A stretch of DNA of 64,000 nucleotides, from positions 124,001-188,000 of the forward strand of contig NIVC01001164.1 of NCBI GenBank assembly GCA_002269645.1, written 5' to 3'. Within the stretch, counting starts at the first letter, position 1. The number at the start of each line of letters is the position of its first letter. Both the position numbers and the translations under genes were made by a program. The notes under the pieces were generated by a model that was not told the origin of the DNA, ran no database searches, and saw only the letters and a list, made by a program, of their open reading frames with translations. This document shows, piece after piece, positions 1 through 11,400 of this stretch. This DNA is from Macrostomum lignano. Taxonomy: Eukaryota.

Positions 1-1
1 A

Positions 2-3000
2 CTCCTGGAAGATGCGCGGTCATCTGTGCAGGCTCTGGAAGAGCAGCTGGAGCAGCTGCGCCAAAGTCCATCACCGCTAGATGAAGCTGATTACCATCAG
101 TCGCTGAAGGTGATCGAAAAAAAACTGGAAGCTCAACAAAAAGTGTTTGAAGATCTGGAATTCATGGTTTGTGTACTCAATAATGTGACTCGATACTGAT
201 TTCTTGAAGCTCTGGAGTAACTTTAAATTGGACTAATTTCGGTGGAAAAATTACTCATAACTTTCACGAGTTTCCTTTTTTCCTCTGCCTGCTGAGGAGC
301 AAATTTACGAACATGCTACTGGCCACTAGTATTATGTTTTAGGTATTTTGCTGCAAAGACCTTTACCAAGTTTGTCTTGAATAAAACTCAAACAACACAA
401 CTGAAGATCTGGGAGGGCTGTCAGGTAGCCCAGCAACTGAGGATCTGAGACGGGGGTGTCAGGTGGCCAGCAACTGAAGATCTTGGAGGGTTGTCAGGAG
501 GCTTAAAAAATGAGGATCTGGGAGGGCTGTCAGGTGGACCAGCAACTGAGGATCTGGAAGGGTTGTCGAGTGGATCAGCAACTGAGGATCTGGGAGGGTT
601 GTCAGGCGGCCTAGCAACTGAGGATCTGGGAGGGTTGTCAGGCGGCCCAGCAACTGAGGATCTGGGAGGGTTGTCAGGCGGCCCAGCAACTGAGAATCTG
701 GGAGGGTTGTCGGGAGGCTTAAAAACTGAGGATCTGGGAGGGCTGTCAGGTGGACCAGCAACTGAGGATCTGGAAGGGTTGTCGAGTGGATCAGCAACTG
801 AGGATCTGGGAGGGTTGTCAGATGGACCAGCAACTGAGGATCTGGGAGGGTTGTCAGGCGGCCCAGCAACTGAGGATCTGGGAGGGTTGTCAGGCGGCCC
901 AGCAACTGAGGATCTGGGAGGGTTGTCGGGAGGCTTAAAAACTGAGGATCTGAGAGGGCTGTCAGGTGGACCAGCAACTGAGGATCTGGAAGGGTTGTCG
1001 AGTGGATCAGCAACTGAGGATCTGGGAGGGTTGTCAGATGGACCAGCAACTGAGGATCTGGGAGGGCTGTCAGGTGGACCAGCAACTGAGGATCTGGAAG
1101 GGTTGTCGAGTGGCCCAGCAACTGAGGATCTGGGAGGGTTGTCAGGCGGCCCAGCAACTGAGGATCAGTGAATCTCAGAGCCACACCCTGCACACCGTCA
1201 GGATCTGGAGCAGCAGGCCCGCGCAGACGAGGAGCGGGAGCAGCTGTTCCGCCAGCTGGTCAGCCACCAGGCCGGCCTTATCGCCGAATTTCGTAGCGTC
1301 GCCGCAGAATCGAGTGCCGACAGAGCGGGCGGCCCCGACGGCGAGAATGTCGACGGAGCGACGGCAGGCACCGACGACGCGGAGCTGCAGAAGCTGCGGG
1401 CAGAGCGGGAGCAGCTGCTGGATGCCATCGAGCTGGAGCGGCGGCGGCGGCTGCTGACCGCCCAATCTGCCGATTGCGGACTCGCCATCGACAACGGAGA
1501 TGAAGCCGTCGCTGCAGACGAGTCGTCGGACTCCAGCAGGTTGGGAGACTTCAGTCAGCAGGGCGGACTGCGGCAGCGGCAGCTTAGCCAGGGTCGGGCA
1601 CAGTCGAGCTCGCAGTTTCGGTCGGCTGGAAGGCCGCTGCAGCACGCGTTGTCAGAGGACAGCCTGCCTTCGGGCTTTAGCCAGGTGAGGATTGCACTGA
1701 GAGTCTCTGCCGTCGCTTGAGTATTTTGTTTTTAACTCATTTTTCTGGCCTTTGTTCTGTGGTCTTTTGACGCATTCTAATGGCGTACTGACACCCCATT
1801 CTGTAGTCTACTGACACATTTTTTCAGTCTACTGACACATTTCTGTAGTCTACTGACACCATTCTGTAGTCTACTGACACATTTCTGTAGTCTACTGACA
1901 CATCAATCTGTAGTCTACTGACACATCAATCTGTAGTCTACTGACACATTTCTGTAGTCTACTGACACATCAGTCTATAGTCTACTGACACATTTCTGTA
2001 GTCTACTGACATATCATTCTATAGTCTACTGACACATTTCTGTAGCCTACTGACACATCATTCTGTAGTTTACTGACACGTAATTCTGTAGTCTACTGAC
2101 ACATTTCTGTAGTCTACTGACAAATCATTCTGTAGTCTACTGACAAATCATTCTGTAGTCTACTGACACATTTCTGCAGTCTACTGACATATCAATCTGT
2201 AGTCTACTGACCTATCATTCTATAGTCTATTGACACATCATTCTGTAGTCTACTGACACATCATTCTGTAGTCTACTGACACATTTCTGTAGTCTACTGA
2301 CTTGTCATTCTATAGTCTACTGACACATTTCTGTAGCCTACGGACACAACATTCCATTGTCTACTGACACATCATTCCGTAGTTTACTGACACATAATTC
2401 TGTAGTCTACTGACACATTTTAAAGTCTACTGACAGATTTTAAAGCCTACTGACACATTTCAAAGCCTACTGACACATTCTAAATCCTACTGACACATTT
2501 CAAAGTCTAGTGACACATTTTAAATCCTACTGACACATTTCAAAGCCTACTGACACATTTCAAAGCCTACTGACACATTCTAAATCCTACTGACACATTT
2601 CAAAGTCTAGTGACACATTTTAAATCCTACTGACACATTTCAAAGCCTACTGACACATTCTAAATCCTACTGACACATTTCAAAGTCTAGTGACACATTT
2701 TAAATCCTACTGACACATTTCAAAGCCTACTGACACATTTCAAAGCCTACTGACACATTTTAAAGCCTACTGACACATTTCAAAGCCTACTGACACATTT
2801 CAAAGCCTACTGACACATTTCAAAGCCTACTGACACATTTCAAAGCCTACTGACACATTTCAAAGCCTACTGACACATTTTAAAGCCTACTGACACATTT
2901 CAAAGCCTACTGCACATTTTAAAGCCTACTGACACATTTCAAAGCCTACTGACACATTTTAAAGCCTACTGACACATTTCAAAGCCTACTGCACACATTT

Positions 3001-6000
3001 CAAAGCCTACTGACACATTTTAAAGCCTACTGACACATTTCAAAGCCTACTGCACATTTTAAAGCCTACTGACACATTCTAAATCCTACTGACACATTTT
3101 AAAGCCAGACGGCAGACTCTACATGTACAATACTGCAGTGCCTTTGTCGTATTTATTTTACAAAATCTAGCCTACTTATTTACTTTCATTGTAACACACA
3201 AGTCTCTAACGCAGGTAGCTTTGGTGTAATCCATAAAAGGCGAAATCGTGCAAACTTATTTGGACGCATAAAAAACGTTAACTAAGACAGTTTTACAATG
3301 CCTATAGAGCTAACCGATAGGGGAGACCGGATGCTCGCTTCCGGAAACGCTTCCGGTGGAATCTTGCGGTGAAAGGGAGCGTTGGAGCTTGCTTATAGAC
3401 TTCAAATAATCCCAAATAGCTTAACTCAGGTGCAGTGCCGTCTTACTTTCAAAATCAAATTTGAGTACTTGCTTCAAGTATCAAGTTCAAGTATGATTTA
3501 GAGAGATGCAAGGAGATTTTATGAAGAGAATCTTATGAGATTTAAGAATGACATTTAGAAATTCAAAAGTGGAGATTCGGGTATGCGATTGAAAGAGTCA
3601 GGTATGAGATTGAAAGAGTCAGGTATGAGATTGATAGAGTCAGGTATGAGATTGATAGATTCAAGGATGAGATGGTTAAGAGATTCAGGTATGAGATTGA
3701 TAGATTCAAGGATGAGATGGTTGAAAGAGTCAGGTATGAGATTGATAGATTCAAGGATGAGATGGTTAAGAGAGTCAGGTATGAGATTGAGAGATTCAAG
3801 GATGAGATGGTTAAGAGAGTCAGGTATGAGATTGAGAGATTCAAGGATGAGATGGTTGGGAGAGTCAGGCATGTTGATAGATTCAAGGATAAGATGGTTG
3901 GGAGAGTCAGGCATGAGATTGATAGATTCAAGGATAAGATGGTTGGGAGAGTCAGGCATGTTGATAGATTCAAGGATAAGATGGTTGGGAGAGTCAGGCA
4001 TGAGATTGATAGATTCAAGGATAAGATGGTTGGGAGAGTCAGGCATGTTGATAGATTCAAGGATAAGATGGTTGGGAGAGTCAGGGTATGAGATTGATAG
4101 ATTCAGGTATGAGATTGATAGATTCAAGGATAATATGGTTGAAAAAGTCAGGTATGAGATTGAGAGATTCAAGGATGAGATTAAGAGATGAAAGGGTGAG
4201 ATGAAAAGCATACTTTGGAATTATAGACTCAAATAAAATGAAATGGTTGCAACAATTCACAACAGGGCCCATCAATGAAGATTTTGAGTCAGCTCGGAGA
4301 GCAGGTGCGGCAACGGCGGCGGGCCCAGTCCAGTGTCGCAAAGGTTGGGCTGCAGGCGCCACAGGAGGTGTCGGACACCTACGAGAACGCCAGCAGTAGT
4401 TACGAATTGCTCTTGACGAGCGAAGCGGACGTCACCAGCTCTGGAGGTGCCATGACGGGTGAGTCCAGGGTGGCAAGTCGACAGTCAAGAATCTCGGGTT
4501 TTCCTGATTTATCTGTGTTTTAGCTGTAAATGGTTACAGAGTGGGTTTGTGACTGTCTGACGATTAGAAGTCCGCATACCTGTGCCCTCCCCAGTGCTCA
4601 GATCTCCCCCCCCCCCAACTCAAACTAGCAGTGGGAAATTCTGCTTAAAACATCTCACGGTTGCCTCGTAAAGTTGAGAAAAACTCGAAAACAGCGCTAA
4701 CAAATTTCGCATCAGTGTCAGAGCCGGCAGCTGTAGAGACTGGCATGCTGAGGTCAGGCAGGCAGTTTGAGCAAGGAGGCAGCGGCTGTAGCAGCGGCAG
4801 CAGACCAGACAGCGCTGGCCATTCCTACGACGGAGGCAATCAAGAAGCGTCCACAGGAGCCACCGCGCTCAAGGAGGAGCAGTCTGGAAACAGCAGAAAG
4901 GTGAGCTGCAGTTATGAGCACCCAATGAGCTGCAGTTATGAGCACCCAATAAGCTAAAGTTATGAGTGCCCAATGAGCTGCAGTTATGAGTGCCCAATGA
5001 GCTGCAGTTATGAGTGCCCAATGAGCTGCAGTTATGAGTGCCCAATGAGCTGCAGTTATGAGTGCCCAATGAGCTGCAGTTATGAGTGCCCAATGAGCTG
5101 CAGTTATGAGTGCCCAATGAGCTGCAGTTATGAGTGCCCAATGAGCTGCAGTTATGAGTGCCCAATGAGCTGCAGTTATGAGTGCCCAATGAGCTGCAGT
5201 TATGAGTGCCCAATGAGCTGCAGTTATGAGTGCCCAATGAGCTGCAGTTATGAGTGCCCAATGAGCTGCAGTTATGAGTGCCCAATGAGCTGCAGTTATG
5301 AGTGCCCAATGAGCTGCAGTTATGAGTGCCCAATGAGCTGCAGTTATGAGTGCCCAATGAGCTGCAGTTATGAGTGCCCAATGAGCTGCAGTTATGAGTG
5401 CCCAATGAGCTGCAGTTATGAGCACCCAATAACCTACGGTAATGAGCACTCAATGACCTACAGTTATGAGAACCCAATGATCTACAGTTATGAGCACCCA
5501 ATGATCTACAGTTATGAGCACCCAATAAGCTAAAGTTATGAGCACCCAATGAGCTACAGTTATGAGCACCCAATCCCTACAGTTATGAGCACCCAATGAG
5601 CTACAGTTATGAGCACCCAATGAGCTACAGTTATGAGCACCCAATGAGCTACAGTTATGAGCACCCAATGAGCTACAGTTATTAGCACCCAATAAACTAA
5701 AGTTATGAGCACCCAATGAGCTACAGTTATGAGCACCCAATGACCTACAGTTATGAGCACCCAATGAGCTACAGTTATGAGCACCCAATGAGCTACAGTT
5801 ATGAGCACCCAATGAGCTACAGTTATTAGCACTCAATGAGCTACAGTTATTAGCACTCAATGAGCTACAGTTATGAGCACCCAATGAGCTGCAGTTATGA
5901 GCACCCAATGAGCTGCAGTTATGAGCACCCAATGAGCTGCAGTTATGAGCACTCAATGAGCTGCAGTTATGAGCACCCAATGACCTACAGTTATGAGCAC

Positions 6001-6607
6001 TCAATGAGCTGCAGCTATGAGCACTCAATGACCTACAGTTATGAGCACTCAATGACCTACAGTTATGAGCGCTCAATGACCTACATGAGCCTAATGACCC
6101 ACTCGACCACAGAGCAGGCCGCTAACGCATTACCTGCCAGTCAGCGATCCGAACTTCGACCTGCGCGGTCACCTCATCGGTCTGGGCCACCCGCTGGAAG
6201 GATTGCGCGTCCAAGTTGGCGTGGCAACCAGCCGTTGCTATGGTTACTTAGCGATTCCGGCCGGCAAGTTTCGGCCATGGAAACGCCGCTGGTTTGTGCT
6301 GGATCGGTACAGGAAAACCCTGGCCTACTATGCCGACAGCACCGAGGCCAGGGTCAAGAGCTTCATCAGCTTCTGCGACATCATCGACGCCTACACGGAC
6401 AGATTCTGCTGCGGCAGCGGAGGCGGTGGCAGCAGCGGCAGCCGGAAACGCCAGTCGGACTCGACCTTCTGCATCGGGACGGTGGACAAGAAACGCGGCA
6501 TAATTCGCTGTTTGGCGCCCTCGCCTGAAGCCATGCGAGTCTGGCTTGACTCTGTGATCATCTCTGCTGAGGGCTACCTGCTCATGCTGCAGGACAGGCG
6601 GGCCTGA
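2..6607 (+). CDS. PHLDB: PHLDB/LL5-family coiled-coil + C-terminal PH-domain protein, 5'-partial; exons <2-166, 1202-1684, 4293-4458, 4716 (or 4722)-4900, 6113-6607
   Basis: Hand translation gives [15 protein letters not shown] in the first exon. The last exon reads [20 protein letters not shown]...[10 protein letters not shown]...[21 protein letters not shown], the characteristic PHLDB pre-PH motif and PH domain. GT/AG sites at 167, 1201, 1685, 4292, 4459, 4715, 4901 and 6112 give compatible phases (0,0,1,0). Exons 3 and 4 are less certain than the others. Confidence 0.88.
398..1167. repeat. Minisatellite, ~36-bp unit CAGCAACTGAGGATCTGGGAGGGTTGTCAGGCGGCC, in a PHLDB intron
   Basis: Direct tandem copies; the 12-aa periodic ORF 491..1171 follows from the unit length. 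Confidence 0.95.
1786..3106. repeat. Minisatellite with TACTGACACATT core: 21-24-bp units (TCTGTAGTC type) changing near 2420 to 20-bp units (TCAAAGCC type)
   Basis: Direct tandem copies inside intron 1685-4292. Confidence 0.95.
3575..4200. repeat. Purine-rich composite minisatellite (GAGTCAGGTATGAGATTGATAGATTCAAGGATGAGATGGTT variants)
   Basis: Direct tandem copies of variable length. Confidence 0.9.
4903..6095. repeat. 24-bp minisatellite GAGCTGCAGTTATGAGTGCCCAAT filling the last PHLDB intron
   Basis: Tandem copies begin at intron position +3 and end ~20 bp before the acceptor; the periodic ORF has 8-aa MSCSYECP units. Confidence 0.97.
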
Positions 6608-6740
6608 TGCAGGTGTGAGGCTGCCTGCTCATGCTGCAGGACAGGCGGGCCTGATGCAGGTGTGAGGCTGCCTGCTCATGCTGCAGGACAGGCGGGCCTG
6701 ATGCAGGTGTGAGGCTGCCTGCTGCCAGATGCAGGTGTGT
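6574..6740 (+). repeat. 47-bp unit x~3 overlapping the PHLDB stop codon
   Basis: CTGCCTGCTCATGCTGCAGGACAGGCGGGCCTGATGCAGGTGTGAGG is repeated; the first copy encodes LLMLQDRRA*. Confidence 0.92.
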
Positions 6741-6791
6741 GGCTGTAAGAAGAAGTCCTTTGTATTAATTTTACTTTCTAAGAATACATAC

Positions 6792-6797
6792 AATAAA
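6792..6797 (+). terminator. Candidate PHLDB polyadenylation signal AATAAA
   Basis: First AATAAA seen after the stop codon, ~185 bp downstream. Confidence 0.5.
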
Positions 6798-7231
6798 ACA
6801 AAAGAATATGTATCGCATCTGCATTTCAAAGAATACGCTTCTATCAACTGTGCTCTGTTTTCTTCACAAAACAATCAAACATTCTGTCATTCCAAATTTG
6901 TATTTGCTTACGCAGAAGAAGCTTGCAGCAGAAATAAAATATTTCAGTTATAAATTATGTATATCGTTGATTGAGTTTCAAATTTTCTCCAATTTCAAGT
7001 CATCCAGGATATAAGTCATCGTGATTGGCTAATTAATTTTTTTCTCAGAACTGCTCATTTGAGCAGAAAGGCAGGGATGGTATATACCAGATTGCACACC
7101 ACTGGCTCATTCAGAGACTGTAAGCTTAAAAACATTACTGAAATTTCAACAACCTGGACATCGGGATCAAGCCAGCTACTTGCTATTATTGTCAGTAAGT
7201 TTTGCTTAATCATTAACCACCTCCTTGACTA

Positions 7232-8452
7232 TCTGACTGACATAGACTCTCTGTCTGACTGACATAGCCTCACTGTCTGACTGACACAGCCTTACTGTCT
7301 GACTGACATAGCCTCACTGTCTGACTGACACAGCCTTACTGTCTGACTGACATAGCCTCACTGTCTGACTGACACAGCTCACTGTCTGGCTGACACAGCT
7401 CACTATCTGACTGACACAGCCTCACTGTCTGACTGACACAGCCACAATATCTGACCCACAGCAGCCAAAATACTGACCCACCGCAGCCAAAATGACTGAC
7501 CCACAGCAGCCACAATGCCTGACCCACAGCAGCCACAATGCTGACCCACAGCAGCCACAATGCTGACCCACAGAAGCCACACTGCTGACCCACCGCAGCC
7601 ACAATGCTGACCCACCGCAGCCACAATGCTGATCCACAGCAGCCAAAATGCCTGACCCACAGCAGCCACAATGCTGACCCACAGCAGCCACAATGCTGAC
7701 CCACAGCAGCCACAATGCTGACCCACAGCAGCCACAATGCTGACCCACAGAAGCCACACTGCTGACCCACCGCAGCCACAATGCTGACCCACAGAAGCCA
7801 CACTGCTGACCCACCGCAGCCACAATGCTGACCCACCGCAGCCACAATGCTGACCCACAGAAGCCACACTGCTGACCCACCGCAGTCACAATGCTGACCC
7901 ACAGCAGCCACAATGCTGACCCACAGAAGCCACACTGCTGACCCACCGCAGCCACAATGCTGACCCACAGCAGCCACAATGCTGACCCACCGCAGCCACA
8001 ATGCTGACCCACAGCAGCCACAATGCTGACCCACAGAAGCCACACTGCTGACCCACCGCAGCCACAATGCTGACCCACAGAAGCCACACTGCTGACCCAC
8101 AGAAGCCACAATGCTGACCCACAGAAGCCACAATGCTGACCCACAGAAGCCACAATGCTGACCCACAGAAGCCACAATGCTGACCCACCGCAGCCACAAT
8201 GCTGACCCACAGAAGCCACAATGCTGACCCACAGAAGCCACAATGCTGACCCACCGCAGCCACAATGCTGACCCACAGAAGCCACAATGCTGACCCACAG
8301 AAGCCACAATGCTGACCCACAGAAGCCACAATGCTGACCCACAGAAGCCACAATGCTGACCCACAGAAGCCACAATGCTGACCCACCGCAGCCACAATGC
8401 TGACCCACCGCAGCCACAATGCTGACCCACAGAAGCCACAATGCTGACCCAC
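7232..8452. repeat. Two adjoining 22-bp minisatellites (CTGACTGACACAGCCTCACTGT, then GCTGACCCACAGAAGCCACAAT)
   Basis: Direct tandem copies; the last unit supplies the ATG at 8441. Confidence 0.95.
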
Positions 8453-11400
8453 ACCGCAAAGCGCCAGCGTCGCCGACGCCGACTTCGCGACTTCCTTCGC
8501 GCCCACCTGGCCGGCAGCAGCCTGCACGCCGTCGCGCATGTCGCCGACTCCGAGCGGAGCCCGGCCCGCCGAGCCCTCTGGACCCTCCTGCTGGCCGCCG
8601 CCGCTGCCGGCCTCGCCCTGACCGTGGCGCCGCTGGCAGTCAGATTCGGCGCCAATCGCCTGGCCGAGAAGTACCAATCGGACATTTCTGACGCCGATTT
8701 CGAATTCCCCGACGTGTACCTGTGCCCCGACTACCCCTACTCGGGCAGCATACCGTACACTCTTGGCCAGGCCGAAGCCGGACTGCTCAATGCCGAGATC
8801 GATCGGGCCGGCTCAGTGCTGGATGCCTGGGAGGCAGCGGCCGCGAGCTCGGGAGCGCTGGACCCGGTGCAGTGGGAACGGCAGGCCCTGTCGGCCAGGG
8901 TGGCCTTCACCCGGGCCACAGTCAGGCTGGACCTGCTGAACCGCTACCTGCTGCAGACAGCCGCCCAGTCGGTGCCGCTCAGCTGGCTGTCTATCGGCGA
9001 CGGCGGAAGCGACGACGACGGAGACGGCGATGGAGGCGCCGACGGTGCCGTGAAGCTGCCGGTCCGAGTGGAGTCGTTTGCCGCCTCCTTTAACCAGAAG
9101 GTCAGAAGGGTGGCGCTGCGGGGTTCACCCGGTTGTTTGTTTGTTTATTTTTTTACTCAACTGCCTACTTGCCGCATAGCAAGCGAGTAGTGAGAAGAGG
9201 AAGTTAGCCGCTCTTGTCAAAAGTGCCAGAGTATCTGAAACTCAAGATCAAATGTGTCAACATGGCAGCCAGTCCTTATCTATGTTCTTATCCTTATCCT
9301 TATCTACACCTGACCAGTGTCATTATCTCTAGATGAGTGTCATTATCTCTAGATGAGTGTCATTATCTCTAGATGAGTGTCATTATCTCTAGATGAGTTT
9401 CATTATCTCTAGATGAGTGTCATTATCTCTAGATAAGTGTCATTATCTCTAGGTGAGTGCCACTATCTCCAGATGAGTGCCATTATCTCCAGATGAGTGT
9501 CATCTGGATAGATGAATCTTAAAGTCTCTAGGTGAATCTTGAAGTCTCTAGGTGAATTTCAGAGTCTCTAGACTGATCCCAGAGTCTAGATGGATCCTCA
9601 AGTCTCTAGATGTATCACTCATCTCTAGATGAGTTTCATTAAATCTCTAGATGTGCGCCAGCGTCATAGATAGATGCCCAATATCTACAAATGAGTTCCA
9701 GAATTCCAAGTTAAATCTCAGAATTCCAAGGAGCTGCTCAGCGGTAAACGCGTCTCTGACTCTCGCGCCACAACCCCGTGCGCGGCCGCATTCATTTGGG
9801 CACGAAAATATGGTATTAGCTGACGGCTTTTCGTGCGATTCACACCCCCGAAGGCCAACCCCCAAGGCACAGAGAGTCGATTAGAAAGTCAGGGCCGCTG
9901 TACACCCTGTGGGGAGCTCGGAGACCATACCCTCCTCAATTCCGCAGATCTGCTTCAAGCCGGACCTGACCCCGGCAGCCCGCCTGACCTCCCAGCGCCA
10001 GCCCGGACTCCGCCTGCGCCTCATACTGCTGACCGATCCCTACTTCGCCGATTTCAAATACTCCGGCACTCCGATAAAGTACATCACCATCAAAGCCAAA
10101 TCCAGCGTCCGCCAGCCGCCCAGCCGGCCCCTGGAGGAGCGGGAGCGCCAGTTCCTTCGCTCCAACGCTTTCACCCTGGTGCTGGTGCCACCTGGCGCAT
10201 ACCCGTCCATGGAGCACGAGGAGACCATGCAGCTATCGCCCGGCAACCACTACAGGGTCAATCTGCATATGGAGCGCCGTCAGCTGGCGCCGCCGCACTG
10301 TCAGGCCGGCGACTTGTTGGCGCCGGAGGTGCGCCGGGACCCGGTGAGCGGCGCGGCGCACCACTACCGGCGCAGCCTGGCGGCCTGTCTGGACCGGCGC
10401 GCGGCCGAAAATGCCATACGAAGGCGCGGCTGCCAGCCGTCAAATCTGCCGCTACTTTGGCGGCACCGCCGGCTGCCCAGGTGCGGCAACCTGTCGGAGA
10501 TGCCGCCAGCCGAGGCCTACAAAGACTTCCTGAGTCGCAGAGCCAATCGGGCGAATCTCAGCTTGGCTGTTGAGCTGCTCAGAGAACAAGGCGAAGCCCT
10601 GGTTGCCTGCCAGCTGGAGCAGCCGTGCGACTCAGTGCACTACAGGGTGCAGTATTCGTTCGGCCAGTGGCCCAGCGTGGCCACCTCAGCGGTGGCTCAT
10701 TTCGCTAACTGGAATCGCCGGAGTGCGGGCAACTTCAGCCTGGAGGCCACGCCAGCCCTGAAACAGCTGCAGGAGCTGGCGAGGAGAATTGATTCGGGTA
10801 GGCCGGGGCTGGTTCTGAGGCTCCGGGGTCCATCTAGAGACTCTGGGATCCATCTAGAGACTGTGATTCATCTAAAGACTTTAGGATCCATCTTGACTCT
10901 TGACTTCAGCTGGAGACTCTGAGATTCATATTGAGAGTCTGGGATTCTTCTAGAGACTCCGGAATCCATCCAGAGAGTCTGGGATCCATCGAGAGAGTCT
11001 GGGATCCATCTAGAGACTCTGAGATCCATCTAGAGACTCTAATATCCATCTAGAGACTCCGGAATCCATCCAGAGAGTCTGGGATCCATCCAGAGAGTCT
11101 GGGATCCATTTAAAGAGTCTGGGATCCATCTAAAGACTCTGAGATCCATCTAGAGACTCTGGGATCCATCTAGAGACTCTGGGATCCATCCAGAGAGTCT
11201 GGGATCCATCGAGAGAGTCTGGGATCCATCTAAAGACTCTGGGATCCATCTAGAGAGTCTGGGATCCATCGCGAGACTCTGAGATCCATCTAGAGACTCG
11301 GGGATCCATCGAGGGAGTCTGGGATCCATCTAAAGACTCTGAGATCCATCTAGAGAGTCTGGGATCCATCTAGAGAGTCTGGGATCCATCTAGAGAGTCT

